From: a virus
Virus record (IMG/VR): IMGVR_UViG_3300045988_136394
Coordinates: 49,940-113,939 of that record
Direction: 5' to 3' (one strand)
Length of the DNA stretch: 64,000 bases
The notes under the pieces were generated by a model that made no database searches, had not been told where the DNA came from, and saw only the letters and a program-made list of their open reading frames with translations. Positions 21,235 through 30,809 of the stretch are shown one piece after another (within the stretch, counting starts at the first letter, position 1; the number at the start of each line of letters is the position of its first letter). A program made the position numbers and the translations under genes.

Positions 21235-21659
21235 TATTCTTCCTCCTGTATTATTAAATCTTTATAGTCTTTATCTAAATATCTTTTCGCTTCTTCTTCC
21301 GACCTGTATAATTTTCCTGCTTTGCGTAATAATTGATGAAGTGTAGAGTCCGTATCAAATCTGACTTCTTGAATATAACCTGAAACAGTCACATAATAAA
21401 CCATTTCACCATATTTAGGATAAAAAGGTTTTTTCTTTATAAAAGCTCTGCCAATTAATAAACATAGTAAATTATAAGAATAACCACCATTTCTACTGGC
21501 ACATTTTAAAATATCTTCCGGTTTTTCAAAATTTTTATTGATATAAAATAGTTCATTAGATATCTTTTCATGGTCTTTATCCAAAATATAAAATTTTTCA
21601 CCTGCTTGTAAATCATTATCGTCTAAAAATTGTTGTATATATTTATTCATCATCGTCAT
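21234..21659 (-). CDS. Hypothetical protein of the KYIQxFL family, copy 2
   Basis: Paralogue of 23233..23580. Its start lies inside the Asp-rich tail of the upstream gene. Confidence 0.4.
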   Translation of the reverse strand: MTMMNKYIQQFLDDNDLQAGEKFYILDKDHEKISNELFYINKNFEKPEDILKCASRNGGYSYNLLCLLIGRAFIKKKPFYPKYGEMVYYVTVSGYIQEVRFDTDSTLHQLLRKAGKLYRSEEEAKRYLDKDYKDLIIQEEE

Positions 21660-21948
21660 CTCCGTTATTTTCCATAATAGCCCCGCAAGCCTGACAATAA
21701 TTGTCTTTGCTATATAATCCGAACTTGCTGTCGCATACGCTACATTGGATAAAGTTGCCATACTTATCAGGTTCTAATTCAATCCAATGCCCATGCTTAC
21801 GTTCTTCTACAACTGGCATTGTATCAAGCCTATCAGCAGCACTTTGATAACCACTTCTAATGCCGTCGAAAAAGCCAGGCCAAGCGGGTATAGTTTCAGC
21901 TATTGCTAATAACTCAGCTTTCGCCTTATCAGCGTCTATCAATCTCAT
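21643..21948 (-). CDS. Zinc-ribbon protein with an ERKHGHW motif (paralogue Z3)
   Basis: EERKHGHW...CSVC...YCQACGA pattern. Confidence 0.4.
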   Translation of the reverse strand: MRLIDADKAKAELLAIAETIPAWPGFFDGIRSGYQSAADRLDTMPVVEERKHGHWIELEPDKYGNFIQCSVCDSKFGLYSKDNYCQACGAIMENNGDDDDE

Positions 21949-21951
21949 AAT

Positions 21952-22215
21952 TTATTCACCGTCCATTTTAGCCCCGCACTCCGGGCAGTATTTTGTTTCG
22001 TATTCTTGTGGTTTTTTGCAAACGCTACATATGCTAGTATCTAAATCAATATCTTCCCAATGCCCGTGCTTGCGTTCTTCTACTGTAGGGGCTTTGTCTA
22101 TTAAACCTTGAAAAACGTTTAACGCATGAGCAAAACGAAAATCAGCCTTTGCATAAGCGTTTAACACTTCATTCATTAGTTCCATGCTTAAAGCGTCTTT
22201 ATCTATTAATTTCAT
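21952..22215 (-). CDS. Zinc-ribbon protein with an ERKHGHW motif (paralogue Z2)
   Basis: EERKHGHW...CSVCKK..YCPECGAKMDGE. The 3' end (21955-22010) is near-identical at DNA level to 23575-23630. Confidence 0.4.
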   Translation of the reverse strand: MKLIDKDALSMELMNEVLNAYAKADFRFAHALNVFQGLIDKAPTVEERKHGHWEDIDLDTSICSVCKKPQEYETKYCPECGAKMDGE

Positions 22216-22256
22216 AATCTATTATGACTCCTTAAATTATAATATATGTTTCATTG

Positions 22257-22751
22257 TCACAATACGTCGTCAGCCTCAATAACGGTCTTGTCATCATATT
22301 TTGATACCAATAGTACATCATGTCCGTAATATCCGTTGTGTTCATTATATGCAGCAAATTGTAACAAGCCTCTAGTCGTTTCAACATTAATAAACATAGC
22401 TGATCCAGCATCTAGATCTTCTTTCATGTTTGATACTATTGTCCCCAACTTAGTATCGGTAACATAAACATTTTTTAATTCACTGCCAATAAAGCTTCCA
22501 AAATCGTCTTCACTAGATAAATAGCCCCAATTTTCACAACAATCTTGTTCATTATTTATGACAAAATATAATTGTCTTGAATCTGTTTCAATACAATATC
22601 CATCATATGTGTTCCATTTATTATCAAAATAGACATCACTAACTTCTGTTATATTTTTTATAATTTCCATATTTTTATTCACGCTCCAATACAGGCTCAT
22701 AAGTTTCAAGGAAGATATCTTCATTTTTACTCGCTCCAATTTTTCGCGCAC
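22257..22751 (-). CDS. Hypothetical protein
   Basis: 164 aa. Confidence 0.3.
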   Translation of the reverse strand: MREKLERVKMKISSLKLMSLYWSVNKNMEIIKNITEVSDVYFDNKWNTYDGYCIETDSRQLYFVINNEQDCCENWGYLSSEDDFGSFIGSELKNVYVTDTKLGTIVSNMKEDLDAGSAMFINVETTRGLLQFAAYNEHNGYYGHDVLLVSKYDDKTVIEADDVL

Positions 22752-23041
22752 TCGTCACATAGCACCTCTACTTCATCTAAAACTGTTGCTGTATCATTCT
22801 GAACACGTGTCCCACAGTTTGAACAAGACAGCCACCAGCCATGACTTAAAAATTCTTTTGCTGGTATTATTTTACTGGCTCCATATTTATCAGCCCACGG
22901 AACACGATAAACCCGTATTTCTGTAAATTCTCTATCATGTTCGGAAGCAAGTAACGCTTTAGCTTTTCCCGGTGTAGCCGCCCAAACTACATGACTTTCG
23001 TCACGATATTCGTCGTCCCATTCATAAGCTTTTATATTCAT
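22727..23041 (-). CDS. Hypothetical zinc-finger protein
   Basis: C-terminal CSNCG...CDEC. Confidence 0.3.
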   Translation of the reverse strand: MNIKAYEWDDEYRDESHVVWAATPGKAKALLASEHDREFTEIRVYRVPWADKYGASKIIPAKEFLSHGWWLSCSNCGTRVQNDTATVLDEVEVLCDECAKNWSE

Positions 23042-23063
23042 TCTTTTTTATCTCCTATACATT

Positions 23064-23297
23064 TTAATCCGCTTCAAATAGCGGAATATCTTTTCCTACA
23101 CTGGCTATACGCTTTTCGGCTATGTCGCAATATTCCGCTGATATTTCAAAACCTATAAATTTTCTGCATGTTAATATAGCCATTTTTGCTGTTGTACCGC
23201 TGCCACAAAACGGGTCTAGAACAACATCACCTTTATTTGACCAATTTATTAAACAATGTTTGGCTATGGATAACACCTTTATTCCTTCCTTCGTCAA
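23064..23297 (-). pseudogene. 3' remnant of a DNA methyltransferase; only the C-terminal motif I region is left
   Basis: VVLDPFCGSGTTAKMA...RKFIGFEISAEYCDIAEKRI is the C-terminal FxGxG block of a beta-class N-methyltransferase. About 180 aa at the N-terminus are missing. Confidence 0.5.
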
Positions 23298-23580
23298 CCG
23301 CGACGTAAAAATATACGTCGCCTATTTCGGGCTGCCACGGTTTCTTTTTGACATAGTATAAGCCAGTTAATAAACCTAACAATATAGTGGGGCAAAAGTT
23401 TTCATCCTTTTTAGAAATTAAAATGTCATTTGTGTATGTTGGAGTGTTTTTAAAGAAAAATGCTTCATTATCTTTATATACTTTACTGCCGTTTTCGTAC
23501 ACTATTGTAAATTCTTCGCCTAATTCTAAATTGTTTTCATTTAAAAAATATTGAATATATTTACTTACCATTATTATCAC
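23233..23580 (-). CDS. KYIQxFL family protein, copy 1, with a C-terminus that runs out of frame across the methyltransferase remnant
   Basis: Homology to copy 2 ends at ..YVAVDEG. Confidence 0.4.
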   Translation of the reverse strand: MIIMVSKYIQYFLNENNLELGEEFTIVYENGSKVYKDNEAFFFKNTPTYTNDILISKKDENFCPTILLGLLTGLYYVKKKPWQPEIGDVYFYVAVDEGRNKGVIHSQTLFNKLVK

Positions 23581-23977
23581 CGTCCATTTTAGCCCCGCAC
23601 TCCGGGCAGTATTTTGTTTCGTATTCTTCTATGTTTTGGCAAACGCTGCACATACTTGCGTCAAAAGTAATGTCTATCCAATGCCCTTTATCACGTTCTT
23701 TTTCCGCTGGCATATCGTTAATAAGTTCGTAGGCGCATTGATAGCCATTAAATTTTCCTTCGTAAAACCTACCGCTATATTCTTTTATAGCTTCTCCTGC
23801 AAGATATAGTGCTTTTAATGCGGGCTTAAAAAGCTGTATCTGCTGCCCACATTTTGGGCAGTAAACAGAATCGCTGTTATTCACCGTGTCCGTGATGTGA
23901 TAATCACATTCAGGGCAAAAATCTACTCTTTCCCCATTTCTTAATTTAAATCTCTTGCTATATTTTATATTTGTCAT
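23561..23977 (-). CDS. Zinc-ribbon protein with an ERKHGHW motif (paralogue Z1, with an extra N-terminal zinc ribbon)
   Basis: KERDKGHW...CSVCQN..YCPECGAKMDGD. Confidence 0.4.
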   Translation of the reverse strand: MTNIKYSKRFKLRNGERVDFCPECDYHITDTVNNSDSVYCPKCGQQIQLFKPALKALYLAGEAIKEYSGRFYEGKFNGYQCAYELINDMPAEKERDKGHWIDITFDASMCSVCQNIEEYETKYCPECGAKMDGDNNGK

Positions 23978-23991
23978 ATTTTTTCACTCCT

Positions 23992-24447
23992 TTATGGCAG
24001 TCCCCTTACTGTTACTATTTCCTTTTTATCGTTGGCACGAATTTCTACTGTATGAATTTCAAATTTTTGCACATAGCCGCACTTGTTATATATCGCCTGT
24101 GCGCCTTGTTTCGCCCTTGCAAACGTTTTATAAAGCTTAACTTCTCCATTGATTGTTGGAACGTGTCCCGGTACATATATATCGCCTTGAAGTCCTATTG
24201 TTCCAGTGTAGTAGCCTAAATTGTTGCCTGTGCAATTTCCGAAATTATGAATTAAATAAATCGCGTACCGGGTATGTGAATCTAGTTGAAAAAAATCCCC
24301 GTACTGCTTTGCCGCCGTCAAGGTCGGAAAAGATTTTATCATTCTATCTCGAAAATATAATATGTAGTGTCGGTTCACTTTTTCTATCGTGATTAAATGG
24401 CTATGTGACATTTTATAACAGTCATTTACTTTATCTTTAATCCACAT
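23992..24447 (-). CDS. Hypothetical protein
   Basis: 151 aa. It is the first sizeable ORF downstream of promoter copy A; two short ORFs of 26 and 44 aa come before it. Confidence 0.35.
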   Translation of the reverse strand: MWIKDKVNDCYKMSHSHLITIEKVNRHYILYFRDRMIKSFPTLTAAKQYGDFFQLDSHTRYAIYLIHNFGNCTGNNLGYYTGTIGLQGDIYVPGHVPTINGEVKLYKTFARAKQGAQAIYNKCGYVQKFEIHTVEIRANDKKEIVTVRGLP

Positions 24448-24757
24448 TCTGGTAAACCTCTCTTATAATGATATCTGTAGTTATTCGGTATATTTCACGA
24501 ATAGCAATCGTGTTTTCTTGGCGGTATTTCAAACTAAAAAGTTTTATGTAGTCTTTTGCTATTTCCATGCTATCAAAATCTAACTTTTCTTGTATCTTGC
24601 CATTTATAACAATGCAGTATATCTTTTTTTACAACAGCGTTACTATCTTGCATTTTATTCCTCGTCTGCTTCTTCAACTTTCGGGTAACGCATATCAAGA
24701 TATTCGCAGTCTATATTGCCCCCTTTATTTTTTTATTTTTCCTTACCTCTTGTCTAT

Positions 24758-24786
24758 ATTATAGCCCCCCTTTGTCTTGTTGTCAA
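24758..24786 (-). promoter_or_regulatory. Consensus sigma70 promoter TTGACA-17-TATAAT (copy A)
   Basis: Plus-strand tgtcaa at 24781-24786 and attata at 24758-24763, spacer 17. A conserved AAAGGGG Shine-Dalgarno leader follows downstream. Confidence 0.65.
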
Positions 24787-24807
24787 GTATTTTTTGAAAA
24801 ATTGCAA

Positions 24808-24831
24808 AATTAAAAAACAGGGCAAAAGCCC
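24808..24831. terminator. Bidirectional intrinsic terminator (copy A)
   Basis: cagggc-aaaa-gccctg stem flanked by an A-run and a T-run. Confidence 0.6.
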
Positions 24832-24963
24832 TGCTTTTTTGCTTTTCTGCTTTTTGGTTATAAGTTAGGAAAAATAAATTCAAAAACAGAAAGACTGTCA
24901 GCTTGGTAAACTGTAGCGATTATTCTGTGATTAATTAAGTTTTTAAAATTATAACACACTTTT

Positions 24964-25479
24964 TTAAAATTCAACTGAAAAAATCTTGTCTGCACGTTTA
25001 TATTTGTTTACCGCGTCCCGTGCTTGCTTGAAGCGGTTGTACGCGGATTGTTGCAGCAAGGCGGATTTTAATAAAATGCTTTCAAAGTCGCCTACCGTTA
25101 ATGTTACAAGCTCATATTCTCCCGCTTCATTTTTTGCCCTAAAAAGGTTATCGCCTTTCATTTTTGCAACTTCATGCGCCGAATTAAATTTAATAATGTT
25201 GTCCGTGTCCCGGTCAATGTAGTAAGTCTTACCGTTGACTTCGTACTTTGTGGGGACTACTAATTCGGACTGATATTCTTGATATAGCTGGCTAATGCGT
25301 ATAGCTCGGGCTTCATCCGTACTGTAATTTAATTCTAATTTTAATATATTTAACGCGCTACACTGTTCATCTGTCAATGTGTTTGGAAGTGATACATTCG
25401 GCATAGCTCGCCGCAACGCGTTAATGCTGGTGTAGTCAGTCCCTTTGTATCTATACACTGTTTTTTTGTCCATTTTCAA
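24964..25479 (-). CDS. Hypothetical protein downstream of the tail fibre (possible fibre assembly protein)
   Basis: 171 aa. Position is the only basis. Confidence 0.3.
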   Translation of the reverse strand: MKMDKKTVYRYKGTDYTSINALRRAMPNVSLPNTLTDEQCSALNILKLELNYSTDEARAIRISQLYQEYQSELVVPTKYEVNGKTYYIDRDTDNIIKFNSAHEVAKMKGDNLFRAKNEAGEYELVTLTVGDFESILLKSALLQQSAYNRFKQARDAVNKYKRADKIFSVEF

Positions 25480-25488
25480 ACCCCTTTC

Positions 25489-28164
25489 TTAACCGCTATA
25501 CGGCAGGACTACTGTGTCGCATACCTGAATTGAAAAGCTGCTTCCATAATTCGTTATTGCTATAATATTAATTATATTGTTCGCATTTGCCGTTAAGGTC
25601 GGCGCAACACCTTTAGGGTAGTAGACTGTGCTAGCCGTCGGGAACTTCCAAGTTACCGCCGGAACAGTAGCCCCCACATGTAACCAAATGGTTAATGTCT
25701 TACACATATGAGGCCCCGATCCAAAGGGCGCTTTGAAGTCTATTGCCGAAAAATTCATATTTAAGCTCGACGGGTTATTGATCGAACAGTTAACCAGATA
25801 GCAATTTGCTGTTGATTCATAATCAACGGTATTCCCTGTATTTGGCGATGCGAAGCGAGTAACTTCCGCTGTTCCCGTAAAGTAAAGGCAGCTTTCATTG
25901 TTCCCAGCTTGAATAACGCCGTTAAATATGCCAGTATTTAACGTTGAGCCAACCGTTAAGCTCTGTGATATATAAAAGTTACCATTGCTATCAATGCTGC
26001 TTGTGTTGCTGGCTAGGTTGTTCGGCGTGAATAGTATCTGCCCATTACTGTCTGCCTTTATAGTTACATTATTGTTATTTCTGTCAACTTCTAATATCTT
26101 AAAGTTTCCAACTTGCAAGGCTGCATTTTTCGTATAGCTGATAGCAGAATTATTCTGTAAAGAAAATATACTGTAGTCAGTGCTAATGGCTTCTGCTTGA
26201 TTTGAAAGCCGCATACCTGCCGTGTTATCGGCTGCCTCGGGGTAAAAACCTATGATTTTGCTTGTACCGCCGCCACCTACTCTTAAACCACTTGAAGTGC
26301 TATACTTTAGGATATTATTAGATAAAAAGTCAAGTGTAGCCGTCGTTGCAGTACCGCCTATTGTGGCAACTTCTGTTGCGCCAACGTTAAAAAAGTGTGC
26401 CAGTCCTTCTGTTGCTGTATAATACATTGCTCCGGTAGTAGTGGAATTTATCTTTGCTTGCGTTGTTGCGCTATTAGGCTTCATGCCTAATGTGATAGTT
26501 CCACCACTGCCCGCAAGTGCGCCGTCCCTAACTGTTATAGGTTTGTTAAATGTGTTCGTTCCTGTAAAGTTGTTATCTCCTGCGGCGGTAACATCACCGC
26601 CACCGCTTGCCTCAATGGTAATATCTTGCGTGCCGTCAAATGCCACACCATTTATTGTGCGGGCAGTTTCTAGTTTCGTAGCTGTCTTTGCATTACCTAA
26701 CCATTTTGCAACGCCGACATTTGTTATTCGCGCAAATTCAAAGGCATTATGTGAAAAGATTGCTGTTTCACTTTCGTTAGTAGTTATGGATGTAGCCGCA
26801 GTATTATTGCCAATTTTGAAGTAATGTCCAGTTTTTTCTGTAGCAATATAGTTTAACGCCCCTGTTGTGCTAGATATGATATTCGCTTGTACTGTTGCTG
26901 TACTGGGTTTTACGCCAAAAATAACCTGTCCTTGACTGCCTGCCGCTGTGCCGCTTGATACAGCAATGTTTGCTCTGAAAGTATTTAAAGCTGTAAAGGT
27001 ATTGGCTGAATTTAATTGAGCGTATCCACTTAAATCATGGTTACCGCCTAGAATATCCCATTGTGCGCCGTCCCATGCTACGTTGTCCCCTGCTTTAATA
27101 CCGTGGTCGGGGTCTGCCGTTTCGACGTTATAAACGTCACCTATTTTCTGCCCAGTAGTCGGTAAATCTGCGTAAGTCGCAACGCTGCCTTTATATTGAT
27201 ATACCGTTGTTAATCCGAGTTGTTCGGCGGTTACTTTGTGCGGGTTATTGAAGTCAGCTTCATGTGTAGCAAGGTTATTCGCTACAGTATTTATCTTTTT
27301 AGTTAATGTCGTCGTAGTTCCGTCAATATCTGCTTTTGTAGCCAGCTTATACCACTCTGACCAGCTGCTAACGGTAGCCGGGTCACTGTTTTCTACAATT
27401 TGCCCGAAACGGTTATAAATCGCTCCGGTCGTTTTGCTCACCCATAGCTGTTTACATACGCTGTCATTATAATCGTTATCAACGTTTAAAAAGCCCGGGT
27501 TTGTTTCGGGCGCGTTAGGATTATTAGAAGCTTGTAAATACCAGCGATGAATATCAACTAATGTGTTTACATCTGTCGCTTCTGTCACGTTATTATAATA
27601 GTTTAAAATGCTTAACTGCTCAATTTTTGTCAATGCGTCCTCTGCTTTTGTTAACGCATTTTTAGCGTCATTAGCTGCGCTGTTAGCGGCTTTTTGCGCA
27701 GCGTCAGCAGTATTTTGCGCAGCGTCGGCGGCTTTTTGCGCAGCGTCGGCTAAATCGTATGCTTCGTCTGCTCTTTTTTGCGCTGCTGCTGCGGCTGTAG
27801 CGGCAGATGTTCCAACGCTTAAAGCATTGTTTGCAATATTCAATGCAGTATCAGCGGTTTGTTGCGCTGTTTGAGCCGCGGCAAGTGCATTATTCGCCGT
27901 TTCTAATGCTGCTAAAGCTATGTTATAAGCCTGTTGTGCTATTTTTAACGCTTCATCTGCGACTTGTTCCGTTGCATATGCTACGTTGCCTATATCGTTA
28001 ATAGCGTCCTCTGTTTGTTGCTGAAAGTATAACCCTGGCAGTGCGCCCTCTATCGGCAGGTATTTGAATTTGTAGTATTCTCTGTTTAATATCTTGTTAT
28101 TAATGTCATCTAATAACCTAGCATTTCTTATACGGGTTGAGTTGACTATATTGTTAATATCCAT
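25489..28164 (-). CDS. Tail fibre protein
   Basis: 891 aa with Ala-rich AADAAQKAADAAQNTADAAQKAA repeats, internal tandem domain repeats and a Gly/Thr/Ser-rich beta-type composition. Confidence 0.6.
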   Translation of the reverse strand: MDINNIVNSTRIRNARLLDDINNKILNREYYKFKYLPIEGALPGLYFQQQTEDAINDIGNVAYATEQVADEALKIAQQAYNIALAALETANNALAAAQTAQQTADTALNIANNALSVGTSAATAAAAAQKRADEAYDLADAAQKAADAAQNTADAAQKAANSAANDAKNALTKAEDALTKIEQLSILNYYNNVTEATDVNTLVDIHRWYLQASNNPNAPETNPGFLNVDNDYNDSVCKQLWVSKTTGAIYNRFGQIVENSDPATVSSWSEWYKLATKADIDGTTTTLTKKINTVANNLATHEADFNNPHKVTAEQLGLTTVYQYKGSVATYADLPTTGQKIGDVYNVETADPDHGIKAGDNVAWDGAQWDILGGNHDLSGYAQLNSANTFTALNTFRANIAVSSGTAAGSQGQVIFGVKPSTATVQANIISSTTGALNYIATEKTGHYFKIGNNTAATSITTNESETAIFSHNAFEFARITNVGVAKWLGNAKTATKLETARTINGVAFDGTQDITIEASGGGDVTAAGDNNFTGTNTFNKPITVRDGALAGSGGTITLGMKPNSATTQAKINSTTTGAMYYTATEGLAHFFNVGATEVATIGGTATTATLDFLSNNILKYSTSSGLRVGGGGTSKIIGFYPEAADNTAGMRLSNQAEAISTDYSIFSLQNNSAISYTKNAALQVGNFKILEVDRNNNNVTIKADSNGQILFTPNNLASNTSSIDSNGNFYISQSLTVGSTLNTGIFNGVIQAGNNESCLYFTGTAEVTRFASPNTGNTVDYESTANCYLVNCSINNPSSLNMNFSAIDFKAPFGSGPHMCKTLTIWLHVGATVPAVTWKFPTASTVYYPKGVAPTLTANANNIINIIAITNYGSSFSIQVCDTVVLPYSG

Positions 28165-28179
28165 TTTTTCACCCCTTTG

Positions 28180-28905
28180 TTAATCGCTTATTAATGGTAG
28201 CCAGCGCACATACTCCGCGCCACTCACTAAATAGGTAGCACCTTTTGGTACTGGAAAAGATATTGAACAGTTTCCTTGTCCGTATTTACCTCTACCTGCG
28301 GTATACATTACTTCTAAACCGTTTACATAGCCAGTAATCCCAGTATTCCGATAACTTTTTGCAGTTATAATTCCGTCTGTTGTAGCAGTGCCATTTGATG
28401 AAACACTTGAATAACTGCCGAAATGTGTTGCCACAGGTTTGGGTATCTCTCCAATGGATATGTCTATCTTATCTTGTACTTGTTCAGGTGTGATACCGCC
28501 TATATATGGCAAAAGCTCTTGCCAGTATGTTGTATCAATGCCCGGAGTTTTTAGCCCTGCCGCCGTATCTACGCCATTAGCAAGAATGCACATATAAAGC
28601 TTGTTGTTGTGATTTACTAGGCAGTTTGCAGAATACTGTAAAGTCGTCTTGTAAGTCATTAAACCGCCGCTTTGCTGCCAATAAGCGAAAGCGGATAACA
28701 TATAAAGAATACCGTTAAAGTCTGCCCGTGTCGGGGCTATGCCGCCTGCCTTAATTGGGACTTGCGTTATAGCAGGGAAGCCGTTCGTCTGTGACGCTAA
28801 TCCCGTTGTTTCGTTATTCGTTGCCGGAATGATGTTTTTTGTCCCTTCGTTTGCAAAGGGTCTTTCAAATAAATACAATGGTTCTTGAACTACTGGTATA
28901 GCCAT
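28180..28905 (-). CDS. Tail fibre / short fibre protein
   Basis: 241 aa between the gp48-like gene and the large fibre. Confidence 0.4.
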   Translation of the reverse strand: MAIPVVQEPLYLFERPFANEGTKNIIPATNNETTGLASQTNGFPAITQVPIKAGGIAPTRADFNGILYMLSAFAYWQQSGGLMTYKTTLQYSANCLVNHNNKLYMCILANGVDTAAGLKTPGIDTTYWQELLPYIGGITPEQVQDKIDISIGEIPKPVATHFGSYSSVSSNGTATTDGIITAKSYRNTGITGYVNGLEVMYTAGRGKYGQGNCSISFPVPKGATYLVSGAEYVRWLPLISD

Positions 28906-28925
28906 TTTAACACTTCCTTTTTTCT

Positions 28926-29585
28926 TTATTCTATAGATTGGAGAGGGTACGGGTCAAAGACGCCATTATTGAATGGTTGAAGCAGGCTGCCGTTAAAACC
29001 AAACGTATTATCGATATCAATCATTATCAGTGACCAGCCTACGCCTGCGCCTACGATTAAATTCGCGCCTATCCTAAATATGGCAAGCTGTACATCTGTT
29101 AAATACATTGTGAATACGAAGCGAACGTGCATGGGATAGTTATTGTAAAACGTCCCGTCCTCTCTTTGCTTTTCGTCGATAACGTTGAATACAACGCCGC
29201 CCAGCTCCGGAAAAAGCTTGTTTAGCATATAGTTAAGCGTCGCAAGGCTTGCGTCGGTGATATTAGCTAAAGCTTTATAGTAAAGCAGTGAGCGGTATTC
29301 ATCATCTTTTAACGTGAATTTTTTCCCGTTGATAGGGTCTGTTATAGTTCTGCCCATAACAAGGATTTCGCCCCATATATCAAGTCCAACGCCGTTAGCC
29401 GTCGCTATATTAAATATATTGTCGTAAAAGACAAGCATATCTTTGCTAGGATTAATGTTTGAGCGAAAATCATCTAAAATCTGATAAATAGTTGTGCTGC
29501 TACCGTATTGACTTTGGATATACGGTTGTAGTTCAACACGTATATTGTCGCACTCGCGCACATCTTCTTGCCCTCTAAAGTCCAT
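28926..29585 (-). CDS. Baseplate protein (Mu gp48 / DUF2313-like position)
   Basis: 219 aa after the J-like gene. Confidence 0.4.
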   Translation of the reverse strand: MDFRGQEDVRECDNIRVELQPYIQSQYGSSTTIYQILDDFRSNINPSKDMLVFYDNIFNIATANGVGLDIWGEILVMGRTITDPINGKKFTLKDDEYRSLLYYKALANITDASLATLNYMLNKLFPELGGVVFNVIDEKQREDGTFYNNYPMHVRFVFTMYLTDVQLAIFRIGANLIVGAGVGWSLIMIDIDNTFGFNGSLLQPFNNGVFDPYPLQSIE

Positions 29586-29597
29586 GTTTAAGCCCCC

Positions 29598-30797
29598 TTA
29601 ATCTAGTACAGTAATCGTGATATTGCTTTCGCTCATTACTGGTATCTGATTAGCTGGAATATCAACGCTATCAGTCCATTCTGACCCGCTAGGGTATGAT
29701 ATCTCAATATTTTCAAGGTTATCTACACCGACGTCAACTATATCGGCGTAGAAGCGGCTTGCGTAAATCGTCTGTGCCATTTTCGCGCGTCCGTATTTAT
29801 TTAATTCGCCGTTGAAGTTTTGAAGAACAACTTTTTTAATTTGTTCTTCGTAATTGGTCGGAAGCGTCGAAGTTTTCCTTATCTTTACAGACAGCGCGAA
29901 TGTTGTTGTTGTCGGTATCTCAATGTAGTAAACGAATTCATTGCCTTTTTCATCTACATAAGCGATTTTTGTGTTTCCCGAAATTCCACAGCCGCCGTCA
30001 ATTTTTTCGTGAATCGTTTTGGCTATACTCTCTATGTTCCCGCCATAGACGCTACAGTAAATGCTATGCGGGGGCAGTGTGACGCCGTAAAGCACTTTGT
30101 CCGTGTCACCGCGGTTTTCTAAAACCGATACGGCTACTACGTCGGAAAGGTTAGCTAGTGCGCCCTCAACCGCCGACGCTATGCCGTGGGCGTTCTGTGC
30201 TACGCTGGCACGTCTGCGCTGCTCAAATTCTGCCTGCGTTTCGCTGTTTCGTCCGGTGACGCCTGCGGCTAGATTTGTTATGCTGTCCCAGCCGGGAACA
30301 ACGGTAACTATCTTCGTAAGCTGCCCTACGCCTATTTCAATAGCCCCACGCTGGCTACAGCGGAAAATAGCTGTAGCTGTTCCGTCCTCTCCTATGGTCG
30401 TTACTGTGACGTTCGTATATGTGTATCCCTTTTGGTCTTGGACTATAGCTCCATAGGGTATAACTGTGCCGTATGCGCCTTTGATGTTGCCCGTAACAAG
30501 GGTTGCTATGGCTATATGGCGTTCAATGAAGTAAATGCCTGCTAGTGCGTCCTGCCATATTCCAAGCGCGGTTTTTGGATTGAACATATTCGCAAGATAA
30601 AGAATCTCACTATCTTTCCTGTTAATCAATACAGCCTGTCCGTCAATAAGCTGCCCCGCTGGTGTTTCGGGGGCTGTGTCAAGCAATGGCTTATTGGGGT
30701 CTGTCGCGAATGCTTTTTGCCATTGAGTTACAAGGTTAGCCCGTATCGCCGCCGTTCCGCTTGATACAAGCCCCGTATCCGGGTTAAATGTTATCAT
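29598..30797 (-). CDS. Baseplate J-like protein (Mu gp47-like)
   Basis: 399 aa in the wedge gene order W-J-gp48. Confidence 0.55.
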   Translation of the reverse strand: MITFNPDTGLVSSGTAAIRANLVTQWQKAFATDPNKPLLDTAPETPAGQLIDGQAVLINRKDSEILYLANMFNPKTALGIWQDALAGIYFIERHIAIATLVTGNIKGAYGTVIPYGAIVQDQKGYTYTNVTVTTIGEDGTATAIFRCSQRGAIEIGVGQLTKIVTVVPGWDSITNLAAGVTGRNSETQAEFEQRRRASVAQNAHGIASAVEGALANLSDVVAVSVLENRGDTDKVLYGVTLPPHSIYCSVYGGNIESIAKTIHEKIDGGCGISGNTKIAYVDEKGNEFVYYIEIPTTTTFALSVKIRKTSTLPTNYEEQIKKVVLQNFNGELNKYGRAKMAQTIYASRFYADIVDVGVDNLENIEISYPSGSEWTDSVDIPANQIPVMSESNITITVLD

Positions 30798-30809
30798 TAT
30801 AAATCCCCC

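Larger units (their letters stand above)
24719..24832 (-). repeat. Terminator-promoter cassette, copy A
   Basis: About 110 bp, nearly identical to the copies at 38717, 61922 and 63919. Confidence 0.8.

Noticed and set aside
17800-24500. A phage endolysin or holin cassette
   Set aside because: Several small membrane proteins exist, but no peptidoglycan hydrolase motifs (amidase, lysozyme, glucosaminidase, CHAP) were recognised in any ORF. The lysis module is presumably outside the window.
25489-28164. A diversity-generating retroelement acting on the tail fibre
   Set aside because: No reverse transcriptase ORF and no template/variable repeat pair. The repeats are simple Ala-rich coding repeats.
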